From assembly GCF_000150275.1 (NCBI RefSeq), contig NW_002060952.1, forward strand, positions 270,482-334,481: 64,000 nucleotides of DNA, given 5' to 3'. A model generated the notes under the pieces. It searched no databases. It saw nothing but the letters and a program-made list of their open reading frames with translations, and was not told the origin of the DNA. Of this stretch, positions 28,484 through 41,300 are shown piece after piece; the first letter of the stretch is position 1; each line of letters starts with the position of its first letter. Source of the stretch: Trichoplax adhaerens (taxonomy: Eukaryota > Animalia > Placozoa). The position numbers and the translations under genes are program-made.

Positions 28484-29608
28484 ATGGCTTTAAGTACCGC
28501 TAATTTTAATTATTCTTGCGACTTGCAAAGCAACGAAACAGTTCGATGTAGTGGGCAACTATGCAGTGCATTACTATCCATATTAATGATTTCACTAATT
28601 ATTATTACAGTTATTGGCAATGGATGTGTCATGTATGTTATTTATCATAAATCGGTTCTTCATACAGTCACTGGATTTATGATGTTCAACTTAGCTGTAA
28701 CTGATTTTATTGTTGGTATATTTAATATGCCATTTTCCTTAGCAGCTTTTGTAGCTAGTCAATGGGAATTTGGATTAGCTGTGTGTAAAATTGTAGCATT
28801 TATTCATACTCAAATGTCGACGGCATCAGTAGTATGGCTAGCTGCTATTAGTATCGATCGATGTTATGCCATCTGTCGACCATTAAAATATTATTCGGTC
28901 ATAACTACATCCAAAGTGAAAATATTCATCGCTTTAGGCTATCTTATTTCAATTGTAGTAGCATTGCCACCATTATTTGAATATAAATCATGGGGACGAT
29001 ATCGTTACCTTGGCAAGATGGCATTTTGTTGGGTGTCCGATTGTAAAGCAAGGCAATATTTGATATCATTAATGTCATTTTTATTGACTTCATTTTTGGT
29101 TATCGTTATATGTCATGCATTAATCTATCGGTCTGCTAAATCCAATTTTCGACGAATTCCACGACCTACTATGGCCGATCATAACGATCAAATAAGTAAT
29201 TCAACAACATCGCGTACATTAATGCCATGGTTATCGAACTTTACACAAGTACAGCATAATGCAACGGTTAGTAAGCGCTTAGAAATAGCTGATAAAGATA
29301 AAATTAATAAGACAACTCTGATAATTGTGGGGACATTTTTCATTTGTTGGGCACCTCGTACTATTATTGGTATCCTACAATTGCTTACAACTCAATTAGA
29401 TAACTATGGTATGATAGAACTGCTATTTTTATGGTTATCTATGATTAATTCAACGTTAAATCCTATTATTTATGGTTTCCATAATAAGGTTTTTCGACAA
29501 GAATTTCGACGTGCATTTAGTTGTCGTCCTCATCGTATTCGACCTATCGTTTTACCGACTTCTAATAGGCCATCGATGCAATCATTTCATAGAAATACAT
29601 CAAATTAA
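28484..29608 (+). CDS. Intronless class A 7TM GPCR, orphan, paralog of 12100-13188, 374 aa from first ATG
   Basis: The ORF track starts at TTG 28454; the first in-frame ATG is 28484 (MALSTANF). Motifs: GN (TM1), LAVTD (TM2), WEFG..C, IDRC, CWAP, NPIIY; sequons NYS and NET. A candidate 5'UTR splice acceptor (tctttgcag) ends at 28407. Confidence 0.93.
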   Translation: MALSTANFNYSCDLQSNETVRCSGQLCSALLSILMISLIIITVIGNGCVMYVIYHKSVLHTVTGFMMFNLAVTDFIVGIFNMPFSLAAFVASQWEFGLAVCKIVAFIHTQMSTASVVWLAAISIDRCYAICRPLKYYSVITTSKVKIFIALGYLISIVVALPPLFEYKSWGRYRYLGKMAFCWVSDCKARQYLISLMSFLLTSFLVIVICHALIYRSAKSNFRRIPRPTMADHNDQISNSTTSRTLMPWLSNFTQVQHNATVSKRLEIADKDKINKTTLIIVGTFFICWAPRTIIGILQLLTTQLDNYGMIELLFLWLSMINSTLNPIIYGFHNKVFRQEFRRAFSCRPHRIRPIVLPTSNRPSMQSFHRNTSN

Positions 29609-30309
29609 ATTAGTAAAAATGTTGAAACATCATTTTTTCTCCAATTTATAACTTGAAAATGGTTGATGGTTCTATTGTAATTAGGCTGTTATTGAATACA
29701 GCTAATCGTAAGATTGAGCAATAATATTTTTCTTTCTACTGATTATAAACACCTATAGAATAATGTAGAAATGAAAGCTGCAAAATAAAGTAATAGAATA
29801 TTAATGTATGTCTTTCTATTTTTTGTTCAATATAATAACAGTATATTGGCTTAAATTATCCTTTAGCTGTTGGTTATTGAACTAGTATCCAACAAATAGA
29901 TCACAAGTCAACTTGGATGGAGATAATACCATTAGTCCAAAGGCTAATAATGGTTTGTCTTTTGTATAGGCGATTCTTTTCCTATACATTATTCGATTCC
30001 AAGTGGAAAGAATAAATATAACTTTTATTTTAGAGTTTACAAGAGAGTATTTGCCAACAAAAGAGTAGAAAGAGCATTCATGGTACTATTATAATTAATC
30101 ATAGAATAGTAATTCTATCTTCTTGCGTGATAATATTATTACAGTACTTATTTCTTGAAACTATGATAAAAGCCTGACTAAAATAGATTACTGATGCCTA
30201 TGACTTGTGCAAAAGTATTATCCTTCAAAAAATGTTGGCGCTACTAGTCTCGTCTTTTAAGAAATTTTAAATTCCTTAGTTAAATTCATTCTGAGAAATA
30301 ATAAAGTAG

Positions 30310-30730
30310 AATACCCTATCTAGAAATGGCATGATAGAATATCCTCTAAAATAGATTTAAGAAGCCTACAACTAAGGGCTAATTCTTATACCTCTCTAAA
30401 TAGAATGATATCGAGAAATATTATTGGGTTCCTATCACACTATCGGTAACATGGTAAAATCCTATCTAAAATTAGCTTTAGAGGCGACTAATAAGGCTCA
30501 GTTATTAGTTTAGTACAAGCATCATGACTTCGAGAAATATTATCATGCTATTAATAAGTTTTTGGTAGCATGATGGAATCTTATCTGTAATAGATTTTCA
30601 AGGTAAACTGCAAAGCCAGAACATTGTTCTAAGGATAAGTAGAATAAGTGGCATGACCAGAAGAAAGCTAATCTTATTCCTTCTATAACTGTAGCATGAT
30701 TTATCGATGGCACGATAAAATTTCAACTAG
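30310..30730. repeat. Degenerate tandem repeat, ~118-bp period, 3-4 copies
   Basis: (g/a)catg(a/g)t...at...t(c/a)t.taa..agattt motif at ~30328, 30445, 30563 and partly 30707; cgagaaatatt.tt at 30412 and 30531. Confidence 0.6.
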
Positions 30731-33700
30731 CCATGTGTAAAGTTCATTTTGTAATCTAGTAACAAAGATTTAGGAAATATTATCTTAGAATATGAGTAAT
30801 AATACTTTCTATCGAGATGCACGATCATGTTTCTATTGATATACCATATATTCCAGCGATAATAGAAATAATTTTATAGTTACTCAGGTATTGCAAACTT
30901 TAAACCAACAAAAATAATATGTCATAGATTTATTTTAATACTTGTTTGTGATAGCATGCGTAATTATGGATGAGAAATAAGCATAAAGTACAGCAGAAGA
31001 GACAATACATGTCAGTAGCTGTCAATAGTTTTCATTTCTTTCCCATGTCATTATCTTTTCCTTCTAAACTTTTTATTCTACGTGACTACATATGCGAAAG
31101 TGTTATAGCTAAGTAATATGAGCTACATTTATAAGAGGCTCTATTTAAATAGACCGGATGCAATTTTCAAGTGAATGGCAAATGAAATCTTCATAGTTTG
31201 ATCAATACCATTTGATCATTGGAAATTGTGTCACGAGACTGAAAGTAAGCATAAATTCTCGTCGGCATTTTTACTTATTTTCGTGATTTTAATTCAAACT
31301 TTTTTAAAATTTCACTTTTTTTACGATCTAAAATACGGTGATATGAAAACTCAAGAGTAAGACGCTTCTAAAATTCTCTTCTGAAGATTTTAGGCTTTTA
31401 TTAGTCATTTTCTACTTCAGTTTTACTTGGTTTCTGGATCGGCTGATTGGAATATTTCTAATGTAGATGTAAACAAACTTGCAATTAGATCTATCTGACA
31501 GCAAAGAAATAATAACAATTAAGCAAGATGGTTATTCCGGTATATTGTAAGCTAGAATAGAATATTCCAATCAACATTATATGTCGTGCATATTGAAGAC
31601 AAGAGGCTGAATTTTAAATCCAATAATAGCTTTAAAATATTTATATTATATTATAAAGTTGGATTGAAAGCACGGGAAGATACATAGGAGTTACTTCTAT
31701 AGTAATAGAACGAAACTTTAATTAGCGAATTGGATTTTGAACAGAAATTAGAGTTAGATCTTAGTTCGCTGTTAAAGTAGATATAGCATAATAAGCTGAA
31801 CCTTCTGTTGAAGTGCATATATACTCTTACATGGTAATAGAAAAATACTGATATAATTCAATTTAGGATCTCTTTGTACCTTCATTCTTTTTCAAAGCTA
31901 TTGGAAGATAGAAAGAATTTGTATCCCAACCTACTAAATGACATGATTACTTCCTACCGATATTGAAGGAAATTGAATAATATCGCTTACAATGATAACT
32001 TTACCCTGATCTGGCGAGAAGTTCAATAAGATATTTATGTATTAGGTAGAACAGTAAAAAAAAATTTATTTATTAATCGACTTTATCCATTTTTAATGAA
32101 GGTCATATTACCCTCTCTTACATATAAATCTAGATCGTGACTAGATTTACATATTTGCTAATAGCCAAAAGTAATTTTTATCAAGTATAAAATATTCGGA
32201 ATATCCTTCCAAGTCTTCACTTGATAATTTATATATTGATATAGATTGAGAAAGAAATAATTTACGAGCTCTACACGCGCATTCATACCTAATGTAATTT
32301 AAACTATTTGCAATCAATCAGCCAGAAATTGTATAATTGTAAATAAATGAAGAAGAGCATATACCTTGGGTAGCCGCAATGCGAATAATCGAAATTATAT
32401 TATTACTTAATCATCAATATAAACTATCCAATATTGAATTCCTATAATTATTTTCTTTCATTTACTTTATCATATTCCATATTAGTTATTAGCATTGCTT
32501 AATCATCAGAATTGAATTTCTTCGAAAAGGATTATGCTAATTTAGTTCCTAATTTCAATTTATGTTTTGCCTTAGTTGCATAACCAATATTAATATTCAC
32601 AGTAATTTTTCTTTACGGTGCAAGATTATCTAGTTGATACGATTCTTTTAACTGTTGATTGAGACAGGAAATATGGATAACTTAAGACAGAAATGTGGTC
32701 GAAATCAGTAGTATCTAGACTGCGTAGAGATTTCTAGTCTACAATCGCAAAAAAAACATAAGATTTCTATAGAAACGTTGGGAGTTCATAATTTAACTGA
32801 GTTCCTATTAGATGATGATTGTATTTAAATCATCTTACACTATATATTTTTATGTAATATCTCCATTTGTCAGCATTGGCCAAGCCTAATTAAATTTTCA
32901 TTTTTAATGATAATAAAGATACGATAGGTTATGACTAGAAGGTGGTGAAGGAGGCAAAATTAGTTTCGAATCTCTTACATTTGTCTTTAGTAGTGTAAAG
33001 GACTCACATGAATAATATATGAATAAGATAATAATTGTCAATACATCCTCTTATTCTCTTCTTATTAATTATATTTTATCCAATAAATCATAGGAATAGA
33101 AATATATATTACTTTATAGAACATTTATTTTGCAATCGGTAATGACGGCAATAAATCATAGGTTCAGGATCAGCTAATACATAGAATATTGATGAATTAT
33201 TTTGAGTCAAATCCGACCACATATGATAACTTTCCTATTTAACCCAGAAAGAAATAATGTCATTTACTAGTAGCTACGATAGTTGTGAAATATTTTAGAT
33301 ATAATGATATGAATTACCGCTGATATTCAAATTCCTTATTTAAAGCTGGTCTGTCAGCCATATAATTATTTTATTTACCGATTAATGTTTAATTTTGTAT
33401 GTGTATTATTACAACATCGCGAAACTTCAGAAAATAAATAAGCAACAGGAAATTTCGCTATCAACTGCTTTTTGCCCTTTTAAGATAGCATATTATAGCT
33501 TATAAATAAACCAAATTGTGGCTACGATCATCAAAGTGTTGAGAAATTATAATCATGAATAGTAGACTAGTAAATTTCAATACCAGAGTAACGCTATTTT
33601 ATAAATTTGATAGTTTTCCCAGGATTACTTTAAGGCAACTAAACTTTATTCCAGATATTTGGGTTACTTTTTACTGAAAATCAGCTGCTCTACCCTGCTG

Positions 33701-34136
33701 TACATTTCATCAACGATTAGTATGGTGCACTGAGTATTTAGATAATAAATAAATTAATCAAAAGCGCTATATAATATTCTATCTCACTTATGCTATGATG
33801 AATTCCAAAAGGTTAAAATGTTGGAGATGCTAATCTCCGTAATAGTTTCCTAATCATATTCAATAAGTAGCCTAAATCATAATACAATGATATGTTTTCT
33901 ATCTAAAGCTCATCACCGATAACTAACAAAATAATTAATTTAAATAATGTAGTAGCATCTATCTTCAATTTTATATTGCGTCAACGTCGTAATAATTTAT
34001 TATAGGCGAAAGTGCAGGCGGTTTAATCTCCGATATGGATTTCCTATCTCATTATGTAGGTTATTACATGTGAGCTATATGAGGGATAATCAATCGAAAT
34101 AGTAGAGGTATAATTGACCTTAATCTTATCCTAAAT

Positions 34137-34137
34137 N
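34137..34137. other. Single ambiguous base (N) in assembly
   Basis: ctaaatntca at 34131-34140. Confidence 0.99.
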
Positions 34138-37100
34138 TCAAGTTTGCGTTCATGATGACTAATATGTTCAATAACATTGAAAATATTGAATCACTTTCTT
34201 TTCCATGAAGATATTATATTTAGGGCTATACCGATATTTATTTTGACAACTAACAAGAAATTATGATAAAGAAAAATAAACAGCATCGTATCCTATTTTC
34301 ATATAATGTATTTAAAAATTTTGATAATTTACCAAGATGGGAGGTATTCTATTGTCACTAGCCAATGATTAATTGAAAGTTTAATAGCAAGCTATCTTAA
34401 ATTTTATATTATCTCTGAGCTAGAATGAATTGCCATAGATAGAGGTGTGGTTAATAGTCCAGTAGTGATTTTCTATCACTTAATACGGTATTCTATAAAT
34501 TATATTCAGTATAAATTAGCGGTAGCTAACAATTACTTAACGAAAGGGAAGAGCTTTCTATCTTAATTTATATCGTATTTAAATTGTCAGTGACTGAAGA
34601 TAAAGGTCCAGATGATTTTAATCTTGCCACGATTTTTTAATTTGCCTTTATTATGTACCACGGTATATATTTTACTAATATTAAGCTAATCAGACCTGAA
34701 ATTTATTACTAGTAGCTAACAAGCAGTTACTCATAAAGCGAATGAGATCTTACTATAACTTTATACCATCCTTGGGCTTTGATGCAGCATAAATTTCAAT
34801 TACGTCAAGCCTATTATATCCAATATTTACTACCGATAATTAGCATGTACTAATACTTAATTAAAAGCATGATATGGCCTTGCTCTAGTTATCATAATAG
34901 ATGAAGAAATCGAATACATAATAGATATCCTTGGAATTCTGTAGATTCATTAAATCAGATTAAGTTATATTCAGCATTACCTAACTAATGAGTAAATTAA
35001 TTACAAATATATAATAACATCTTATTTAGTTTTAAATTATGTTAGGATCATGATTACTAAGAATGGGTGGTGGTCCAGGTAATCTTAATTTCATCATAGT
35101 TTTTCTAATTAAATAATCATAGAGTGACATACCTTGTTAATACAGATGATCATCATCATATCTAACATATTTTACAGGCTATATTCCAATATTGATTACA
35201 CAATAAGTAAGTAAATTAAACAAATGAAACGAGATTTTACTTCAATGCATAAATTGCATTAGGCTTATGGCGATAAATCAAAATTGATGAAGATATAGGC
35301 AAACTAAATCTTCTGAATTTTAATAATTGATATTGGTGAAATAATACATAGGCGTATTTCATTAATTTGGAATCGTCTAGTTTCAGTTTTGATTAATTAA
35401 TAAATAGATTAATTGAAAATGTAATCAGTACCTTATTTTAATTTTATATTGAATCGTGGCGAAATAGAATAAGTGAAAAACGCAGGCAATCTTAATCTCG
35501 CTATAATTTTTCTAATTAATATTTATGGAGTGACCGATGACTCATTAATATTGACAGCATTGTATCCATCAATTTAGCTTATGAGTTTAACAATTAATTA
35601 AATGATGTACTAGCGTCTTAGTTTGATCTTTTAGATTTCTTAAAGTCACGATGAATCAGAATAAACAGAAATGTATGTAATTTTTAACTTCGCCATAATT
35701 ATTTAGTTTATGTTTATCAACTTCAGATCATAGTTAAAATTTCAACATAGCTCTATTTAAAGTAAAATATTTCATTGATGAATTAGCTATAGCAACCACA
35801 TAACAACTAATAATAACTATTATTATTTTGAAGACTAATTCTACAATCAATTGATTTCAATAATAACTCAAGCTATAAGATATTAATCTTACGAGACCGT
35901 AACATCTGTCAACGTTGGATAATACACCTATAATAGATTACTCGTATGATGAAGATAAACTAATAAATTGCCAATCACGTATTCACATTTTATTATCTCC
36001 GCTAATTTCGTCAAAATGCAAGAATTAGCTTTAGCCTTAATCCAACTTATAAATTGCAATATTATTTTTCCTTAAGTAGTTATCTTTTTGTCATAACAAA
36101 TACATCTCGATATATATTAATAAAAAAGTTTTACCTAATAAGCTATTAAAAAGTGTGAAAATGGATCTCATGCTAATACTAATCGGCATAAATTAATTTA
36201 GGTTGTGAATAATGTAATAAATATCAACTAAGATATCTTTTTGTTTTGCATTTCAATTTGCTTTGATGCCCGCATACATAAGAATCGTGTACCTAACGAA
36301 TAGAACTTAAATTAGAATGAACTGGAAGATTATGTACTGACAACTGGTGACTATGTTACAACAATTGTAGCCAATACTACATAGCTGTATTAATCTACAA
36401 TTTTTGTCTTAGTTCTCCTTAACCTTAGCATTATTTTAGTACAAATGTAGTTTTACATATTGTAATAGGCTACAACTAACGTCAACCTGACTAGATTTTT
36501 AATTACCATTTCTATGACTCTTGCAGTAGTAATTTAGTAAATTATACTTTTACAAAATTTAAATCTTAACGTATCAAAAAATATCCGTGTATTTCTACCT
36601 ATGAAGTTGAGCATTAGCGAAGATACATTCATTAATTCTGTCTTAATTACTTTACAGACAGTAATATCGATACTAGCAATTTACACCTTCCAGAAATTAA
36701 TTTTTCCTCAGCAATAAACGGATTTACGTTAAAGTGCTTTATTTGACTCCAAATCGAAGAAAAATTTTAAGATTTCCTCTATTTAGGGAATACTTTTGTC
36801 TATTTTGACATTATAGCCTATTATCACAACACCTACAATTATCACGATAAATATATACAGGATAATGACTCTAACTTTGGCAATTTTTATCATGATTTTG
36901 AACCCTAATGAATGAAGTGCTTATTGCTAAAAGGTGGATGATATGATATTTAGATAGAAATTAACCAAATTGACTATAATATATATAATATATATACAAG
37001 AATACTATTAGTATAACACTATTAGTATGTCAATTCCAAAGCAGGTTTTTATCTCGAGTAGGATAAGCAAAGCTAAATAATTCCAGTAGAACTGAATATT

Positions 37101-38366
37101 TGGGATTCGTTAACTTTCTGGAAAATAATATCATAACGGCCATAAATGCTATATAGCACAAAATTTTTCAATTATTTATATCTTCCAATACGCATTATGT
37201 ACACGTATCATCGGATATGTTTAAATAGGAGCCACCTTACAACAAAGAAGCGCGCCTGCATATAAACATCGAAAATATTGTTAGTGTTATGAAATTACAG
37301 CTTGCTCTTAAGTGAATAATTTATACTCGCATTTACCACTTCACAAATCCAAGTATTGATCTTTTTTATTATTATATTCGTACTGAATATGGCAATCGGG
37401 AAGAACGTATGTACACATGTAGGAATATAACAAGAGGAATGTTCACATTTGTAGCTTAATGCTAACATTCAAAATCTCAGATTTGACACATTTGGCAAAT
37501 ATTGAATCCGGTTCGATTTTGCTTATTGCAGTGAAATTACCCTCAAGTCATAGTTAAATGACTATAATAATTTTTGAAGTACACCTATTTAACCACAATG
37601 TAGGCTTGTACTGAAGCTTAATTTAAAATGTTATTTCCTAGCCGAAAATTGACAAATTTCTAAATTTTAACATAGTAAAGCGTTCATTAATTAAAAGAAG
37701 CACTAAAAAAGCTATAAAAATTGATATTGATAACGCTTATTTATGCTAAATGCGCTATAATGCGCTATCTTACTAGCATCAAATTTATAATTAATTCATT
37801 TACGAATACATCATAACATAAAATTCTACACTATTAAAATTAAACTAACATAAATGTGTTCATTTAGTTTAAGAGTTGCGACCAATTAATGACGGAAGTA
37901 GTGCTAGAATTTTGTATTAGCATTACATAAAAATAATTAAAATGCTAATTAAATAGTAAAAACTACTAATTTGTTTATAGAATATGTAACATGCGTAGAG
38001 TAATGTTGTCACTACTAGTATAGGATACAAGAATACCTGAGCGTATCAAACAGTTGATAATTCTGAAACTTACGGATAAAATAACCACAAAAACTAGCAA
38101 TATTGAATATTCGACCAGGCTGTAATAATTAATTGAAAGAGCATGCAAACTACTAGCATGCGCGTATAATAGGCAAAGAGGCTATTGATTTAACAATTAC
38201 AGATATATTCAATATCATAAATTACTAAAATTTATTAGATGGAACACTTTGAAAGATGGTTTCCGTGCAGTGATGCTCAAAATAGACCATATCAATAGCC
38301 ATAGCTAACCTTTATCATTTCCTATAACATTCACTTGACCAAACAGTTTTAGAACATCGCATTCAT

Positions 38367-41300
38367 CTAAGCAGTGTTCTCGCTTGGATTGGTTGTTGCC
38401 CCGGCAGTTAATTGACGTAGCACTAATTTTTTATAAACACCACCTTGTTCTATTAATTGATCATGGGTTCCTTCTTCAACAATTCTGCCTTTGTCTATAA
38501 CTAAAACCTATATACGTACATCAATACAAATATTTAGGATTGGATGAATAACTTAATACGCAGTTTTTAAATCAAAACCTATAAATAAAATATTAATGGC
38601 TATTGCAAAAAATATGGAGTAGGCATGCTGTCAAGTACTAATGAGATAAAGATGTGGTATTCAGTATCTTGCGATTGTGTCCACGTAAAAGTTAAAAATA
38701 ACATTATTTCAACTACAAAAGGTTGAAAATTACTTTCAATACGCGGTGAACTAAATATAAACTTTAGATCAGATACCTTTGAAGCACTTCGAACAGTAGA
38801 CAAGCGGTGAGCAATGACCAAGACGGTTCTTCCATTCATAGCTCGATCAATAGCTTCTTGCACAAGATACTCGCTTTCAGCGTCAAGCGCGCTTGTGGCC
38901 TATCGTAGAATAGGTTCAAGCATAGTATTAATTTAATCGGAGTTCAAACGTAGCATTTACCATAAATTATTAATATGAAGGAGTGAAACTAAGTTAAACA
39001 CCTCATCCAGAAGTAACAAAGAAGGATTCTTAATTAATGCTCTAGCGATAGCAACTCTCTGCTTCTGACCACCAGATAATCGAACTCCCCGTTCACCAAC
39101 AAGTGTATCATAACCTTCCTAAAATATTAACACAAATTTATAATAATGTTGGGTGAATCTTCAGTAAGCAATACTTGACCATAGGCGCTATAACATTTAC
39201 AAAATTTCTTTCATTTCCTTATGCTTACGCTAAAAGATGTGATAAAGTCGTGGGCGTTTGCCTGCTTCGCAGCTTCTTCGATCTATAAATAAGAAATTTA
39301 AATTATTATCATTACAATAATAAAGGACATAAAACATTGCACAATCTGTGATACCTCGGATCGAGTTGCATCGCATCCGTACTGAATGTTATCATAAATC
39401 GAACAAGCAAATAAAATTGGTTCTTGGCTAACTAAACCGATATTATCTCGGAGCCAAACTGCATCGACATTTCTTAGATCATCATCGCCTAGAATTATAT
39501 TTGAACAGTTTACATAAGTAGGTTACGTTTCGCACTCAGTATTCTGGGCATTAAGATATAGCTTCATCTGATTTCTATCAGATACCATTTATAGAATACG
39601 ATATATCAATGTACCTAAAGCAATAGACCCAGTATTCGGATGATAGAACTGCTCGATGAGATTAACCGTGGTGGATTTACCGCCACCTGAAGGTCCCACA
39701 AGTGCAACCATCTCACCAGGTTTAATTTTAAAGTTAATGTCCTAAAATCATTCCGTGAATTAAAGTACATTTCTACCGTATTAGATCGTATTTGTTGATT
39801 TATTATCATTTATAGAAATTATTGCATAATCCCATACAGCAATAGTACGCTATATTAGACTTGAAATGAAATAATGTACCTTGAGTACTTCCGTATCAGA
39901 TCTAGCTGGATACTTGAAAGACACTTCTTTAAATTCCAATACTTTAAAAACCAATCAATTCAATTATTCTTCTACTAAGCATAAAACGACAAATGACATT
40001 ACGTAGCGAAATGTTACAAGTTTTATTACCTCCCTGAAACTTTTGTGGTTTCAAGCCACCTTCTAACTTAAGTTCAGGATCACGATCCATCAGTTCAAAC
40101 ATTCTTACCGATGCACCAACGGCCTTTGTGTAAAGGTTTTGCGAGTATCATCAAAAAATAATACGTTATTTAAAATAGATCGATTATGACTAGTTTTATT
40201 AATATATTGTCTGGCCATAGAACTATCGAAAAATTGTTTTAGGTTATTGACAACTAAAAGCATCCGATTGAGGGAAATTATATCGCGAATATCTAAATTA
40301 GTCGATATCTCAATTTATTTACTATATTTAGATGTTAAGCCTTTAGAATAAGTTTAAAATAAATCAAGTTGTAAGAAATTAAGCGAACCTGCATAAAGTC
40401 ACCATATAACGATGTAATAAAGGCAAAAGCCATGGCTACATTTAAAGCGTATAGCATAAAAGCTATTCGAAATTAAATCAATCTTTTAATACGTTGCCAA
40501 ATTCATAGGCTTAGCAAATGACTATTAATAGGGATTTATGACTATAATATTTGCTCACAGGTTAATAGACCAGCAGTTAAATGACCCTCTAAAACTTGCT
40601 TTGCTCCAAACCATAGCACCAAGACGATTGCACCCTATTGAAAAGTTGGTACATTTGCAATGGATAGAGAATCAATACTTTTAAATACGAAATGGTCAGA
40701 TGAAGTTAAAATCAAGGTATTACCTGAGCAAATATCCCCATGTATCCATTAAATAAGCCTATGCATATCGTAAGATAAAAAATTTATGAAGTTACCTAAG
40801 ATTATAGTCTAATAATTTCGTGAATATTTTTTGTTTGACCCACCAGTATATAAAGCTAACTTTCGGCCGATGTTATAACTATTTTCAATCATTTCTCCGT
40901 AATGGTTCATTGTCTTTTTTTCACCGTTAAATGACCGTACGGTCCTAATATTACCGATAGTTTCCTCAGCCACATTTGAGGCATTTGCTAATTCATCTTG
41001 AAATTTCTTTCGCAAATCTCTTAGTTTTCTTCCTGTAATCGAATTGATAAATGTATCATTTAACCAAAAAGAAGCCCCAAGTGGAGCAATAAGGTATTGA
41101 TACAATTTTTATTATTTAGTAATGAGGAGAATTCAATATACTGTATAAATTTAAATAATATTTTATGGCTGAGTTGCTTAATTCATAAGTACCATAAAGG
41201 ACTGCCATGATAGCAATAATCGGCACAACAGCCAGTAGTACACCAGTAACAGATGGGCTTAGAATAAACATGACAATCAATGAACCAATAATTTGCAATA

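Noticed and set aside
32121-32154. Short AT-rich inverted repeat taaatctag/ctagattta
   Set aside because: A 9-bp AT-rich stem is expected by chance in 64 kb of this composition.
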